64,000 bases of DNA. It comes from a virus (lineage: Duplodnaviria > Caudoviricetes). Position numbers and translations under genes: made by a program. The stretch is from IMG/VR virus record IMGVR_UViG_3300032030_000037, positions 1-64,000 of that record; one strand, given 5' to 3'. A model generated the notes under the pieces. The model was not told the DNA's origin, ran no database searches, and worked only from the letters and a program-made list of their open reading frames with translations. Positions 47,464 through 56,938 of this stretch are shown here, piece by piece. The stretch's first letter is position 1; each line of letters begins with the position of its first letter.

Positions 47464-47670
47464 TTATTCATTAAAAAATGGCCAACAATAGTACCAGATA
47501 TCTTTTTCTATGAGATATCTTATCATATGTTCATTCCACTTATAGGAAGCGCAAAATCTTCTAGTCCGCTTTTTCATCTTTCTAAAAATTGGCTCACTAT
47601 AACCGGGAGGAATAATATCAAAGACTTTTTCTAAAATCTTCTTGTGCTTAGTATTTCTTAGTTTGTGCAT
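47464..47670 (-). CDS. Hypothetical basic protein
   Basis: ORF track. Confidence 0.55.
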   Translation of the reverse strand: MHKLRNTKHKKILEKVFDIIPPGYSEPIFRKMKKRTRRFCASYKWNEHMIRYLIEKDIWYYCWPFFNE

Positions 47671-48161
47671 GGAATTTCGATACGATCTCCAAACCAGACA
47701 TCATAAGAGTGTCCATTATACTTAACAACTCCAATTTCATTCTCTCCAATTCCATCCGACAAACATCCATCTAAGAAGCTAGTAATCGCATCTTTAAGAG
47801 TTCCATGTCGAGTGCAAAGAGGGTCTCGATATCCATTATCCCAAGATACAGGAGAGTCTAAGGGGAGATCAGATAAGAATTCTGCGACATAATATCCATC
47901 CTTAAAATAGACTTCCATCACAACCTCCTTTATCGTAAATCCCTTTGATTTTTTCTCACAAATGTAGAATTGGTTTTCCTCTATCCCACTGTCCTCCGGA
48001 GTATCAATCCAGCAATATTGTCCATATAAGTCTTCTATTCCAGAGACCCTAGTTATATCTAGATCCTCCATATTCCTAACGAGACAGCAGTTCCTATTCT
48101 CTGGGTCTATCTCGTCGTGCGAATACATTAAAAGCGGAAGTTTGAATCTTAGTGTCTCCAT
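47658..48161 (-). CDS. Hypothetical protein
   Basis: ORF track. Confidence 0.65.
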   Translation of the reverse strand: METLRFKLPLLMYSHDEIDPENRNCCLVRNMEDLDITRVSGIEDLYGQYCWIDTPEDSGIEENQFYICEKKSKGFTIKEVVMEVYFKDGYYVAEFLSDLPLDSPVSWDNGYRDPLCTRHGTLKDAITSFLDGCLSDGIGENEIGVVKYNGHSYDVWFGDRIEIPCTN

Positions 48162-48167
48162 TTCCCG

Positions 48168-48422
48168 TCAGTCTTCATACCATTCAACACTAAAGTATTC
48201 ATAGGGTTGCCAGACTTTATTAATATCAAATCCATCTTCCCTAAGCCGAGTTATTGTTTCAGGACAAACAACCCAATCAAATTGACTTTCAAATTCGGGC
48301 TTGGGAAGATATACATAGTTCTCTCCTCTTAACATCGCCTCTTTAATTCTTCTCTGGGCTTCCTGATAATTGGCTTTCCCTGATGTTGCAAGGTAAAGCT
48401 CTTTCATTTCTTCTTTAGTCAT
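48168..48422 (-). CDS. Hypothetical protein
   Basis: ORF track. Confidence 0.65.
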   Translation of the reverse strand: MTKEEMKELYLATSGKANYQEAQRRIKEAMLRGENYVYLPKPEFESQFDWVVCPETITRLREDGFDINKVWQPYEYFSVEWYED

Positions 48423-48624
48423 CTTCGTATAGTTTTTCGGCTGAAGTTTCTAAAACCTCATATGCATCATAAGGCATTTGTTCTTGTGCTGCTTCGGCTT
48501 TTACTTTCCTGACGGCCTCTATAGAAATTCTTAGGGCCTCGTTAAATGTATCCTTCCCAGTCAGGACTTTAATAAGATCCTTTAAGATATTTATTTGTGA
48601 ATCTTTATCAAATTTGCTGCCCAT
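48415..48624 (-). CDS. Hypothetical protein
   Basis: ORF track. Confidence 0.6.
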   Translation of the reverse strand: MGSKFDKDSQINILKDLIKVLTGKDTFNEALRISIEAVRKVKAEAAQEQMPYDAYEVLETSAEKLYEDD

Positions 48625-48625
48625 A

Positions 48626-49012
48626 TTATCCTTTCTTGATTATAATTTCTACTTCCATCGGTACACTTTCCCAGGTGACTTCTGGAAATGCTTCATCAGG
48701 GAGTCTTTTTATTTTATTTCCTTTCCAATACCCAGTTCTTTCTTTCCTAGGTCTAGAGGAATATAAAATAAGGGCGCCGTCGTTGTCTCGTGCTATCCAA
48801 CCTTTTATTGTTGGAGATTCAAGAATTTTTATAGCAGTATCAAGAGTTACGTTTTCTTCTTCTAGTCTTTCTTTATACCCGTCGAAAAGGCCTTGCATAT
48901 ATCCTTCTCTTCTTTCTTCATTGGTATCTTTTCCTCCGTCATAAGGATCAATAGCCCCAGCCATAGGATACTTATCATATCCTTTTCTTAAAACATCCTT
49001 ATCTGTTAACAT
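48626..49012 (-). CDS. Hypothetical protein with GWI.RD...FPEVTWES domain
   Basis: C-terminal domain shared with 49006..49500. Confidence 0.7.
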   Translation of the reverse strand: MLTDKDVLRKGYDKYPMAGAIDPYDGGKDTNEERREGYMQGLFDGYKERLEEENVTLDTAIKILESPTIKGWIARDNDGALILYSSRPRKERTGYWKGNKIKRLPDEAFPEVTWESVPMEVEIIIKKG

Positions 49013-49500
49013 TTATTTCCTGTTTTAATTTCTACCTCTACTTCCTTCGGTTCGGATTCCCAAGTTACTTCGGGGAACATGTCGGCTGGAAGATGCATCA
49101 TTATCGTCTGATTTGACCACTCATTTCCAGTCCTCCAAGGCTTCTGGCTATGAATGCACAAACCAAGGCCATAGACAGGGTTTTCTACCTCATCTCGTGT
49201 TATCCAACCTTTGATTTTTGTAGTCTTCCTGTCCTCTCCTTCATCTTCAAGTTCCCGCATGATTCCTTGAGCACAGTTATGAAATCCGTCCCACCAGGAA
49301 TATGAACCTTGATCACCCTCGCTCTGATCCATGCAGCGTTCTCCTTTATCTACGAACTCTTGGACAGCCTCTTTTATTTGAGCCCCTCTTAGTTCATAAA
49401 ATTTCTTAGCACACTTAGCGAGACGATCATATTCTGCATGAGTCATCGGTCCATTTTCTTTCCAGAACTTCTCAATCTCTTCTTTTAGGGTCTCTTTCAT
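49006..49500 (-). CDS. Hypothetical protein with GWI.RD...FPEVTWES domain
   Basis: C-terminal domain shared with 48626..49012. Confidence 0.7.
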   Translation of the reverse strand: MKETLKEEIEKFWKENGPMTHAEYDRLAKCAKKFYELRGAQIKEAVQEFVDKGERCMDQSEGDQGSYSWWDGFHNCAQGIMRELEDEGEDRKTTKIKGWITRDEVENPVYGLGLCIHSQKPWRTGNEWSNQTIMMHLPADMFPEVTWESEPKEVEVEIKTGNKC

Positions 49501-49826
49501 ATCTTTTGTATTTCGTAAGTGTCAATATATTCTTCGTACTCATCCCAACATGCTAAGGTAAGAGTGAGTCCATATTCTTCATTCTTAAACTCACCCTTCC
49601 CGACATTAGTACCATTTCCCCAGACCGCAGTTATTTTCCATCGGCCGGGGATACGAGAGTTAAGATACTTGTTTATAGAGCCGTTCTTTTTGCTCTCACT
49701 GAAATCATTAAAGAACCAGGCATCAAGGTCACGGCTCTGTATATGTTGATCTAGACTCTTCTTTAGACTCTCGATAAATTCGGCCGGTGTCATATTCATT
49801 AATCCTGTTATTTTTCTTTCGGACAT
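49497..49826 (-). CDS. Hypothetical protein
   Basis: ORF track. Confidence 0.65.
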   Translation of the reverse strand: MSERKITGLMNMTPAEFIESLKKSLDQHIQSRDLDAWFFNDFSESKKNGSINKYLNSRIPGRWKITAVWGNGTNVGKGEFKNEEYGLTLTLACWDEYEEYIDTYEIQKI

Positions 49827-49975
49827 AAGTATATTCCTTTATCCGGAGTCTCACCAGTCTTTACGAGATAGTAATTTAGATCTCCGAAAGCGTTAGGCCA
49901 GGAAGCGATATAGTATCCTTTTTCTAGAATCTTTTTTATTCTAGAGGCATCATCTGTAAACTCTTTATTTGCCAT
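49808..49975 (-). CDS. Small hypothetical protein (55 aa)
   Basis: Manual translation MANKEFTDDASRIKK...; fills the gap. Confidence 0.5.
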   Translation of the reverse strand: MANKEFTDDASRIKKILEKGYYIASWPNAFGDLNYYLVKTGETPDKGIYLCPKEK

Positions 49976-50216
49976 CTTTCTCCCCTCCTAGTTTTTCGTT
50001 TATCCACCAAATGAGATATCCGAAGCGACTCATTAGGATATAGAAGATAAGTATTATTATAAAGAGAGGCCAAAGAAGCGACACCCCAGCCATAGGAATC
50101 GGGTCATCTAAAGTAAAATATTCTGCAAATTCCTTGATTCTTTTAAACAATAGGCATGCAACGACACCTAAAATAAGATATCCTACAATTCCTGCTAAAA
50201 CTAAGTACCAAGCCAT
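49965..50216 (-). CDS. Two-TM membrane protein
   Basis: Hydrophobic helices; LLWPLF motif. Confidence 0.65.
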   Translation of the reverse strand: MAWYLVLAGIVGYLILGVVACLLFKRIKEFAEYFTLDDPIPMAGVSLLWPLFIIILIFYILMSRFGYLIWWINEKLGGEKDGK

Positions 50217-50218
50217 AA

Positions 50219-52504
50219 TTATTTTAATGCTTTAATGTTAATTTTCGGTTTCAAGATAAATTCTACGGATGCACAGGGGTCGAGGTTCTCTAAGATTTCA
50301 TCCTTAGGTTTATACGCCATAGGAGATTCATCTAGAGTTTCCCGACAGACAGAAGTTGAGTAGATTCCCTTCATACTTTTCTCAAAGTCCTTCAGAGATA
50401 TCTTAGACTTAGCCGCCGACCTAGACATTAATCTTCCTGCACCATGAGGGGCGCTGAAGTTTGTGTCGGGATTTCCTTTCCCTCGACAGACCGCAACTCC
50501 ATCTCTCATATTAAGTGGGAGAAGGAAAATCTCATTCTTCTTCGCCGAAACCGCACCCTTTCGTATAATTGGAGTGGGACCAGAAAAGTCAATGTAGTTA
50601 TGTCGTGTGGTGATTCGTTCTTTCTCTAGGCCCCCAGTAAGTTTTGTATAGACGTCAAGAATCCTGTCCATAATTATCTTATGATTCCAAGATGCATATG
50701 ACATACAAACTACCATGTCCGTTAGATAGCCACGAAGATTCTCACCACTAAGATAGCCTAAGTGGATATTTTCTTCTTTCCATTTCTTAAGCTCCTCATC
50801 TATAGTAGGCTTAATCTGATGCTTGTCTATCCCAGGCCTTGACTTCACCTCTTCCTGGATGGCTCTCTGAATATCCTTCGGCACCTTATCACACATAGCC
50901 TGAGATTTCCAGTATTTATTTACTTTCACCCCCAAGTTTCGTGAACCCGTGTGTACAGATATTCCTTGAAATTGTGTGAACGTAGGATGTGAGAACCCGA
51001 GAGGATTACTACCAAAAGAGTCCCAGGTATTCTCTCCTTCATCATACTCAATATAATGATTCAATTTGTTACGCTGTATTTTTAAAATATTCTATTCTTA
51101 TAACTAGACCTCCATGGCCTAGCTGGAACTGTTCTAGTCCAACTCTGTAATTCTACAGCAGAATTATATTTTCTATCTATGTATATTTCTGGATTTCCAA
51201 AGATATACAATAGCTTTGCTAAGTCTACTGCAGCTTCATTAGTTACTACAATATTATATACATTATCTCTTTTATTTCTAGTAGCTGACTTTTGCAAGTT
51301 CATTCTTTTATCTAAAAATTCAAGAAACTTTGTTTTCATATCTTCGCTTTTTGTAACTAGCCCTATAAATGGAACACTGCTTTTGCTAATGCCCAAGCTC
51401 CCGTCCCCATCTATAACTCCTCTCCAAAAGTCTACCTCACTATATTCAACTATTGGGGTGCTAGCTAGACTTGTTTTATCTTTCTTAGGATATCCAGAGT
51501 TTATTAGATCTGTCCTAAAATCTAACATTCCATCAACAAAACTATAACTAGTATAACTTTCGCTAAAATTTGTAGATCTAGTTCTAATTCTAATATGTGA
51601 TTCTGGATATAAATTATGTAATTTTTCTACTATATCTTTGTCTTTTTCACTAACCTCTAAGGTAACTCTTCCTCTATTTCTTACTTTAGCAAGATACAAG
51701 TTTCCGTCAGTTATTAAAAGTCCAAAGACATAGCTTTTTATTTTATCTAACACAAATCTTCCCTCCTTTTATATAATACAGCGACTAGGTCATTTCTGCC
51801 TAGTTCTGCAAGTTCGTATTCCTTGCAGTTCGGAGCACACCTTCAGCTTTTACCGCTGCTCAAGTCCCTCTGCTCTCTACGGGGGTATTTAAACCTTCCC
51901 TCGGAGATTGGCATCACAGCCTCTCCCGATATGGACGAGTTTTACAATGAACGATTATTAGTCGTTCTGGAGGCAATCAAGTCTCACCTCCACCTAAAGT
52001 TCCAATACTTTTATAGAATGTTGCCAGATCCATTCCAATTCCACTACACCATCTCTTCAAGTCATCCTCATCATTGAAATCAGGAATCCAAGTGAGTCCG
52101 TGAGTGTTCTGATATGCTTTCTGAAGTTCTGACCTGAGATAGGCTAGAAATTCTTTAACATCAAAACACCGAGAGGGTTGGATTTCGTCGCCCGTTGGAA
52201 TTGCCTTCCTGACACGATGTTCAAATAATGCATAATCCTTCGGGTCTAATGGTTTATCGAGGAATAGCATTGAAACACTACACCCTATATCAACCCCTAT
52301 ATAGTCGGGATCTATGTATTCGCCAAGTTCAGAGGTAAATCCAATACAGATTCCACTCCCCGCATGAACATCCGGCATAATCCTAACTTTAAGTCCCTTC
52401 CACTCTGGAGCTTTAATTGTATCATAAACCTGCTGAAGTGCGGCAGGTTCAATATTATCTGTAAAAATTTTACAGTCTAATCCATTATTATTTATTTCTT
52501 TCAT
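50219..52504 (-). CDS. rtcB: RtcB-family RNA ligase, two exons (52504-51986 and 51061-50219; 453 aa spliced)
   Basis: MPDVHAG, GVDIGC, GTLGGG|NHYIE (restored by splicing), VHTGSR, HNY, IRKGA, SAPHGAGRLMSR, DESPMAYK. Confidence 0.92.
51062..51985 (-). mobile_element. Group I intron in rtcB
   Basis: 5' exon ends in U (GGAGGU), pairing with IGS GCCUCC (P1, U-G at the splice site); UGAUU pairs with 3' exon AAUCA (P10); terminal G at 51062; CGCUGUAUU/AAUACAGCG helix encloses the endonuclease ORF. Confidence 0.88.
51082..51753 (-). CDS. Intron-encoded LAGLIDADG homing endonuclease (two-motif)
   Basis: YVFGLLITDGNL and FWRGVIDGDGSL motifs; C-terminal DRKY. Confidence 0.88.
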   Translation of the reverse strand: MLDKIKSYVFGLLITDGNLYLAKVRNRGRVTLEVSEKDKDIVEKLHNLYPESHIRIRTRSTNFSESYTSYSFVDGMLDFRTDLINSGYPKKDKTSLASTPIVEYSEVDFWRGVIDGDGSLGISKSSVPFIGLVTKSEDMKTKFLEFLDKRMNLQKSATRNKRDNVYNIVVTNEAAVDLAKLLYIFGNPEIYIDRKYNSAVELQSWTRTVPARPWRSSYKNRIF

Positions 52505-52505
52505 A

Positions 52506-52517
52506 ACATATATAAGG
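52506..52517 (-). promoter_or_regulatory. CCTTATATATGT promoter-like motif directly before rtcB ATG
   Basis: Matches the CCTTA-N4-TG consensus. Confidence 0.55.
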
Positions 52518-52548
52518 AAAACAAAGAGAGCATTAATCTTTGCTCTCT
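52518..52548 (-). terminator. Terminator-like hairpin
   Basis: agagagca...tgctctct stem with T-rich tail on the minus strand. Confidence 0.55.
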
Positions 52549-52561
52549 ATATTCAACTCTT

Positions 52562-52957
52562 TCATGCGTCAAAATCTAAGAATCCCGAAAGAAGTTCTGT
52601 ATACTCTTTCTTCTCAATTTCTATATAATTGTTTTCTTTAAATTCACGAACAGGCAAAGACTCCTTGGTATGAATAAATACGCTCATATCCCCCGGCGTA
52701 AATATAGTTCCTTGAGCCTGAAATCCTGTAATAAGAACTTGATGATCCTTGGCGCTTGATTCTACCGGATGAAAGACTTCTATGCCTCCAGCAAAGGTAT
52801 CTCTCTTAAAGTATTTTCCAACGAGACTATTGGCAAACTCTATATGTTCTTGATATTCTAATTTAAACTTTAGGCCATCAAGCTCTCTTACTTTCTTGTA
52901 GTGTTCAGAAATCTCAGCATTAATAGCATCTAATTTATTTTTTGTAAATTCATCCAT
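52562..52957 (-). CDS. Hypothetical protein
   Basis: ORF track. Confidence 0.65.
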   Translation of the reverse strand: MDEFTKNKLDAINAEISEHYKKVRELDGLKFKLEYQEHIEFANSLVGKYFKRDTFAGGIEVFHPVESSAKDHQVLITGFQAQGTIFTPGDMSVFIHTKESLPVREFKENNYIEIEKKEYTELLSGFLDFDA

Positions 52958-53838
52958 TATCTTAAAACTTTATAAGTTAGGCTATTCACTTCATTTATAT
53001 ATACATCAATCATATCTTGAGTTATACTAAGATTAACCACAGTGATATGATCTGGACAAAACAAATGATTCCTTCTACCGGGGGTGAAATAGGAACAATT
53101 AGTCTTATCCTGTTTTGATTTTTCTAGTGTTGGCTTGACTGTATTTTTGAGCCAGGCATTATAGTCTACCAGTTGCTCAGGAGTCTTAATATTTGATAAT
53201 GGAACACCAACACCAAAATTCTGAACATAAATATCCCAATCAGATAAGTCATAAATTCCTGGTTTTCCGTCGGCCTCTTTTATCTTCTGGTCCTTGTTCC
53301 ATAAAGTTAGCTTCCCCTTTGGTAAAGTTATTTTCTTCTTTTTCTTTAGCCAATTTATAAGTGGAAGAACTGCTTTTGGATAGTTTAGATATGGAAGAAA
53401 GTAATGATGAATAAATCCGCCATCTCGAATAGAAAATACATATCCTCGTGTCGGGCCATACTCTTCTTTCTTCTTTAGAGGTAAGATAACCTCGCTAGCA
53501 TCCATATATACATCTGTCCATCCGATATCCTGTGGCTGGTGATATAGTGAGAAGTCTTCGAAGGAGAGCTCATAGTATCCATCTCCGAGAGGTCTTAGTT
53601 CTGGAGATTTAGCTTTAGCCAGACTCTCAAAGAAACTAACACAGGCAGAAGCTCCTTTATTGATTACCCAGAGTTTCTTCCCGGCTAGTTTTTCTGCTTT
53701 CTGTCTTTCGGCTTCAACATAGGAATCTGGGGTAACCTCTCTTGAACTGGGGTCTATATAAATTCCTACACTAGACCCCTTAATTTTATCTACGCTCTTT
53801 CCTATAAATCCAGAGTCAATAAATTCTTGTAATTTCAT
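52957..53838 (-). CDS. Hypothetical protein
   Basis: ORF track; preceded by CCTTACTAATGA (53859-53870). Confidence 0.7.
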   Translation of the reverse strand: MKLQEFIDSGFIGKSVDKIKGSSVGIYIDPSSREVTPDSYVEAERQKAEKLAGKKLWVINKGASACVSFFESLAKAKSPELRPLGDGYYELSFEDFSLYHQPQDIGWTDVYMDASEVILPLKKKEEYGPTRGYVFSIRDGGFIHHYFLPYLNYPKAVLPLINWLKKKKKITLPKGKLTLWNKDQKIKEADGKPGIYDLSDWDIYVQNFGVGVPLSNIKTPEQLVDYNAWLKNTVKPTLEKSKQDKTNCSYFTPGRRNHLFCPDHITVVNLSITQDMIDVYINEVNSLTYKVLR

Positions 53839-53870
53839 AATTCGTTTTTACATCTCTTTCATTAGTAAGG

Positions 53871-53902
53871 AAATAAAAAGAGAGGAAATTAATCCCCTCT
53901 CT
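53871..53902 (-). terminator. Terminator ending the cargo cassette
   Basis: Minus strand agagagggg-attaa-tttcctctct followed by a T-run. Confidence 0.6.
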
Positions 53903-53912
53903 GTTATTATTT

Positions 53913-54122
53913 TTAAAATTTTCCCATCCTAATTTTATAGGTCTCGGGATTATTTTTAAATTCATCTTCTGCAGCTACCTCTTTATAGGCCTGATGATTT
54001 AAAGCTTCATAGGCAGGATTTTTTGCTTGGATATATGAAAAATCCCCATTCCTAAAACGCTTTCTGAATTTGGGTTTGAAAGAGGCAGCAGTAGCATAAG
54101 TTTTTTGTCGTAATATAATCAT
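53913..54122 (-). CDS. Leader-bearing small protein (MIILRQKTYA)
   Basis: ORF track. Confidence 0.7.
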   Translation of the reverse strand: MIILRQKTYATAASFKPKFRKRFRNGDFSYIQAKNPAYEALNHQAYKEVAAEDEFKNNPETYKIRMGKF

Positions 54123-54292
54123 ATAATTCCTCTTCTAATTTTTTCTTTCCCTAACCACTCCAGGGCACGAACATATCCAATCTTCCACATAGTACTTCCT
54201 GGCTTGAATTGCTTATTAATTCTAGCTCTCATCTTAAGTAGTTCGTTAGCCAGGAAATTACGAACTCTGGAAAACACGCGTCTAATTACCAT
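54119..54292 (-). CDS. Leader-bearing 57-aa basic protein (MVIRRVFS), below ORF-track cutoff
   Basis: Manual translation; overlaps both neighbours. Confidence 0.65.
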   Translation of the reverse strand: MVIRRVFSRVRNFLANELLKMRARINKQFKPGSTMWKIGYVRALEWLGKEKIRRGII

Positions 54293-54665
54293 ATTCCATC
54301 TCTATTTGCTTTGGGCCTAGGTTAGTATTATTAGCTTTAAATCCTACTTTTGTATATAGATTAATTGCAGCTTGATTATTTCGTGAAACGCTTAATTTTT
54401 TACAGCCAGATTTTATTGCCGTCCTAATCAGCTTCTCTCCAAATCCTTTCTCACGGTATTTAGATAAAACTTCAAGAGCGACTATATAATCTCCTTTCCA
54501 AGCACAATATCCTATCAAATCATTTCTATTTTTAGAGACGAACATAACTCCTTCAACGTCTGGTCCTATTTTAGCATGACGTAGTAAGTTATCGGGGCTC
54601 TTATACTTTTCAACCGCTTCTTTCGTATACTGAATTTCACGGTATTGCTTTCTCTTTACTATCAT
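54282..54665 (-). CDS. GNAT-family acetyltransferase with leader (MIVKRKQYR)
   Basis: LEV..KYREKGFGEKLI (acetyl-CoA motif A) and N..AINLY.KVGF (motif B). Confidence 0.8.
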   Translation of the reverse strand: MIVKRKQYREIQYTKEAVEKYKSPDNLLRHAKIGPDVEGVMFVSKNRNDLIGYCAWKGDYIVALEVLSKYREKGFGEKLIRTAIKSGCKKLSVSRNNQAAINLYTKVGFKANNTNLGPKQIEMEYGN

Positions 54666-54797
54666 ATTTCTATCCTTATAATATTAGATTCCAGACTCCA
54701 CATCAAAGGATAGTCTCTATGAACGGTCTGGTATTAAATCTTTCTACCCCCCAGTATTTAAATTATTGAGGATAGAAATAAAAGAATAGTACAAACT

Positions 54798-55209
54798 TTA
54801 TTTTGCGTATTCTATTTCAATTATACTATGTCCGAGAAGATTGGTTACTAGAATATAGTTAATGCTTTTAAAAATGAGATAGTTAACTCGGTTCTCGCTA
54901 TCAATCTCAGCACTCCAAATTACACACTCGTTGTCCTCATCATAAAACTCCCACAAAGGGTGCTGACCATAATTTCCTTGGAATGGCTTTGTTTCTAGCT
55001 CTTTTAGTATAGAGTCTACTATCTTTTGCTGTTTATCGTCAAGCTCTTGATATTCATCACAAGCATTTTCAGACAAACTAATCTCCCATGGTCCAAACTT
55101 TTTATAACTAGAGCTCCTCTTAAAAAATTCTAGTTCTTTTTATTTTACCTTTCTTCCCACCAAATCCATCCTGAAGGCCAACAAAAAGTTTCTGTCTACC
55201 TAATATCAT
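54798..55209 (-). CDS. Txe/YoeB (RelE-superfamily)-like RNase domain, joined to the leader ORF only by a +1 frameshift
   Basis: WEISLSENA.DEY...IVDSILKEL...PFQG.....PL....WS..ID.ENRVNY...LGH resembles YoeB; upstream 29-codon ORF MILGRQKLF... (55209-55120) ends ATT TTT TAA. Confidence 0.65.
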
Positions 55210-55357
55210 CTCTCTTGTCCCCAAACTCTTTTTGTTTTCTTCTTTCCTTACTTTTCTTCTTAAGTTCAGCAAGAAGTTCTGGTGTTACTTTGTATTTCTT
55301 TCCCTCTAATGCCTCATTTATCTTACTCAGCGTATATTCAATTTCTTTCTCATTCAT
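55196..55357 (-). CDS. 53-aa basic protein upstream of the YoeB-like gene (antitoxin candidate)
   Basis: Manual translation MNEKEIEYTLSKINEALEGKKYKVTPELLAELKKKSKERRKQKEFGDKRDDIR*; own promoter motif at 55374-55385. Confidence 0.55.
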   Translation of the reverse strand: MNEKEIEYTLSKINEALEGKKYKVTPELLAELKKKSKERRKQKEFGDKRDDIR

Positions 55358-55519
55358 AATATTATCTCCTTTTTCAATTATAAGGTTCTAGATTTCTCAT
55401 GGAGGCAGATTAATTAAGAGAAGATAAGGGAATTTCACAACTGCCTTCTTCCCTTGCCACACTATATCTAATTACCTCCTTCCTTTAATTAAACATTGAA
55501 AAATCTGTGTGGACTTTAT

Positions 55520-55867
55520 TTATTTCTTTCCTTCAAAGTATTTCTTCTTTTCTTCTCTCCAATATTTTTTGACATCAGACATTGGAGCATCAAACACTAA
55601 TGGAAGATATCCATCAGTTTCATATACATTTGGATATTCTTTCCTAGTTCCAGTTTTCTTATCTACCCTAATTACCTTTCCGTCTTTTGCCTGATAGAAT
55701 CGGTACTTACTATCGGCATATCCTCCTAAGCCTTTATAACCTTTTTCCTTAAACTCCTTATCATCTTCTTCCCATCTAGGATCAGATATAGGCTTTTTAA
55801 TAGTACTGCTTTTATCTGGGGTTCTGGGCGCAAATTTCGTAAATGATCTTTGTCGTAGTATTATCAT
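55520..55867 (-). CDS. Leader-bearing protein (MIILRQRSFT)
   Basis: ORF track. Confidence 0.75.
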   Translation of the reverse strand: MIILRQRSFTKFAPRTPDKSSTIKKPISDPRWEEDDKEFKEKGYKGLGGYADSKYRFYQAKDGKVIRVDKKTGTRKEYPNVYETDGYLPLVFDAPMSDVKKYWREEKKKYFEGKK

Positions 55868-55882
55868 AGCTTATAAATTTAC

Positions 55883-56173
55883 TTAGTCACCAGCCTCTAA
55901 AAACTCACATTCGCCAGTTTTATTATTTTTCCGTATTGCCCAATAAAAGTCAGGGCCGTAAGTATTATAAATTTTAGATCCTACCTTTGCTTGGAAATAG
56001 ACATCAGTATACCTTGGGTCTTTATCATTTTCATCAAATTTTTCTAGACTCGCGGCAAAATCATTTGGCAAGTGCTTCGTTTTTCCGTATTTCTTTTCAT
56101 ACGAATAAATCTTGTCTACAGCTTTATCGAAATCTGTCTTTCCTGAATATAGTTTCTGTCTTAATAGTATCAT
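55883..56173 (-). CDS. Leader-bearing protein (MILLRQKLYS)
   Basis: ORF track. Confidence 0.75.
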   Translation of the reverse strand: MILLRQKLYSGKTDFDKAVDKIYSYEKKYGKTKHLPNDFAASLEKFDENDKDPRYTDVYFQAKVGSKIYNTYGPDFYWAIRKNNKTGECEFLEAGD

Positions 56174-56667
56174 AGCTTATAAATTTTTCTTGTTCTTGAA
56201 TCTACTGCAATCCAGCCTTCCCGACCAGATCCAAACACATAGAGTGGATGGATATAGCCTTCTGGTTTTTGAATTACAAATATCTGTGTCTGTGGGAGTA
56301 TGTAATTTGCATCTCTTAGAATCTCAACGGCCTCTAAGAATGTCAACTCAAGCTCTCCCGGAAGTATATCCATCTGTCCGCCAGAGGTTCTTCCTTTAAT
56401 TGTATGAAGAGTATCGGGATAAACTACCACACATCCGTCCCTCAGTTCATAGACTTCTGTATAGTCAATTATCCTTATTGTATCACTATAGTTCTTTAGG
56501 TCCCCAGAGAATATACATGTGGCTGTTTTTAATTTAGCCTCTGGATATTCTTGGAGAACCGTACTATAGTCTCTACCTAATGTTTCTATGTAATCTTGTT
56601 CTTTCGGTTTTTCCTTACATGATCCTACGAAAACTATTCCTAGGAAAATAATTAATATTTTACGCAT
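56170..56667 (-). CDS. Predicted lipoprotein
   Basis: MRKILIIFLGIVFVGSC signal peptide with lipobox-like Cys. Confidence 0.65.
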   Translation of the reverse strand: MRKILIIFLGIVFVGSCKEKPKEQDYIETLGRDYSTVLQEYPEAKLKTATCIFSGDLKNYSDTIRIIDYTEVYELRDGCVVVYPDTLHTIKGRTSGGQMDILPGELELTFLEAVEILRDANYILPQTQIFVIQKPEGYIHPLYVFGSGREGWIAVDSRTRKIYKL

Positions 56668-56938
56668 GTGCTGGAGTTAATTTATTCTTTGATCTAACTA
56701 AGTTATGTACCTCGGCTTCCTGCTCTAATCTTAATTTTTTAGCTTCCTTTAAGGCATTAGTAACTCTATTTTTTCTTGGGCCGAAGAAGTCAGAATATTC
56801 TCCTCTACTGCGTATCTTTAAGACTTTATCCAAAGTCTCTCCTCTTTTCATTTGTGCTTTAAGTCTCTCTATTGGGCCTAGTTTCTTTAAAGATTCTGTA
56901 TAGGCTCGATTAAATGATTTTTGTCGTAAGAGTATCAT
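56660..56938 (-). CDS. Leader-bearing basic protein (MILLRQKSFN)
   Basis: ORF track. Confidence 0.75.
   Translation of the reverse strand: MILLRQKSFNRAYTESLKKLGPIERLKAQMKRGETLDKVLKIRSRGEYSDFFGPRKNRVTNALKEAKKLRLEQEAEVHNLVRSKNKLTPAHA

Noticed and set aside
46464-49975. MKFRQAKK (46637) and MANKEFT (49975) as members of the leader family
   Set aside because: Only partial matches, in a non-structural accessory operon; not counted.
50219-52504. rtcB as a pseudogene or intein-containing gene
   Set aside because: The insert has stops in the rtcB frame and group I intron signatures; splicing restores the motif exactly.
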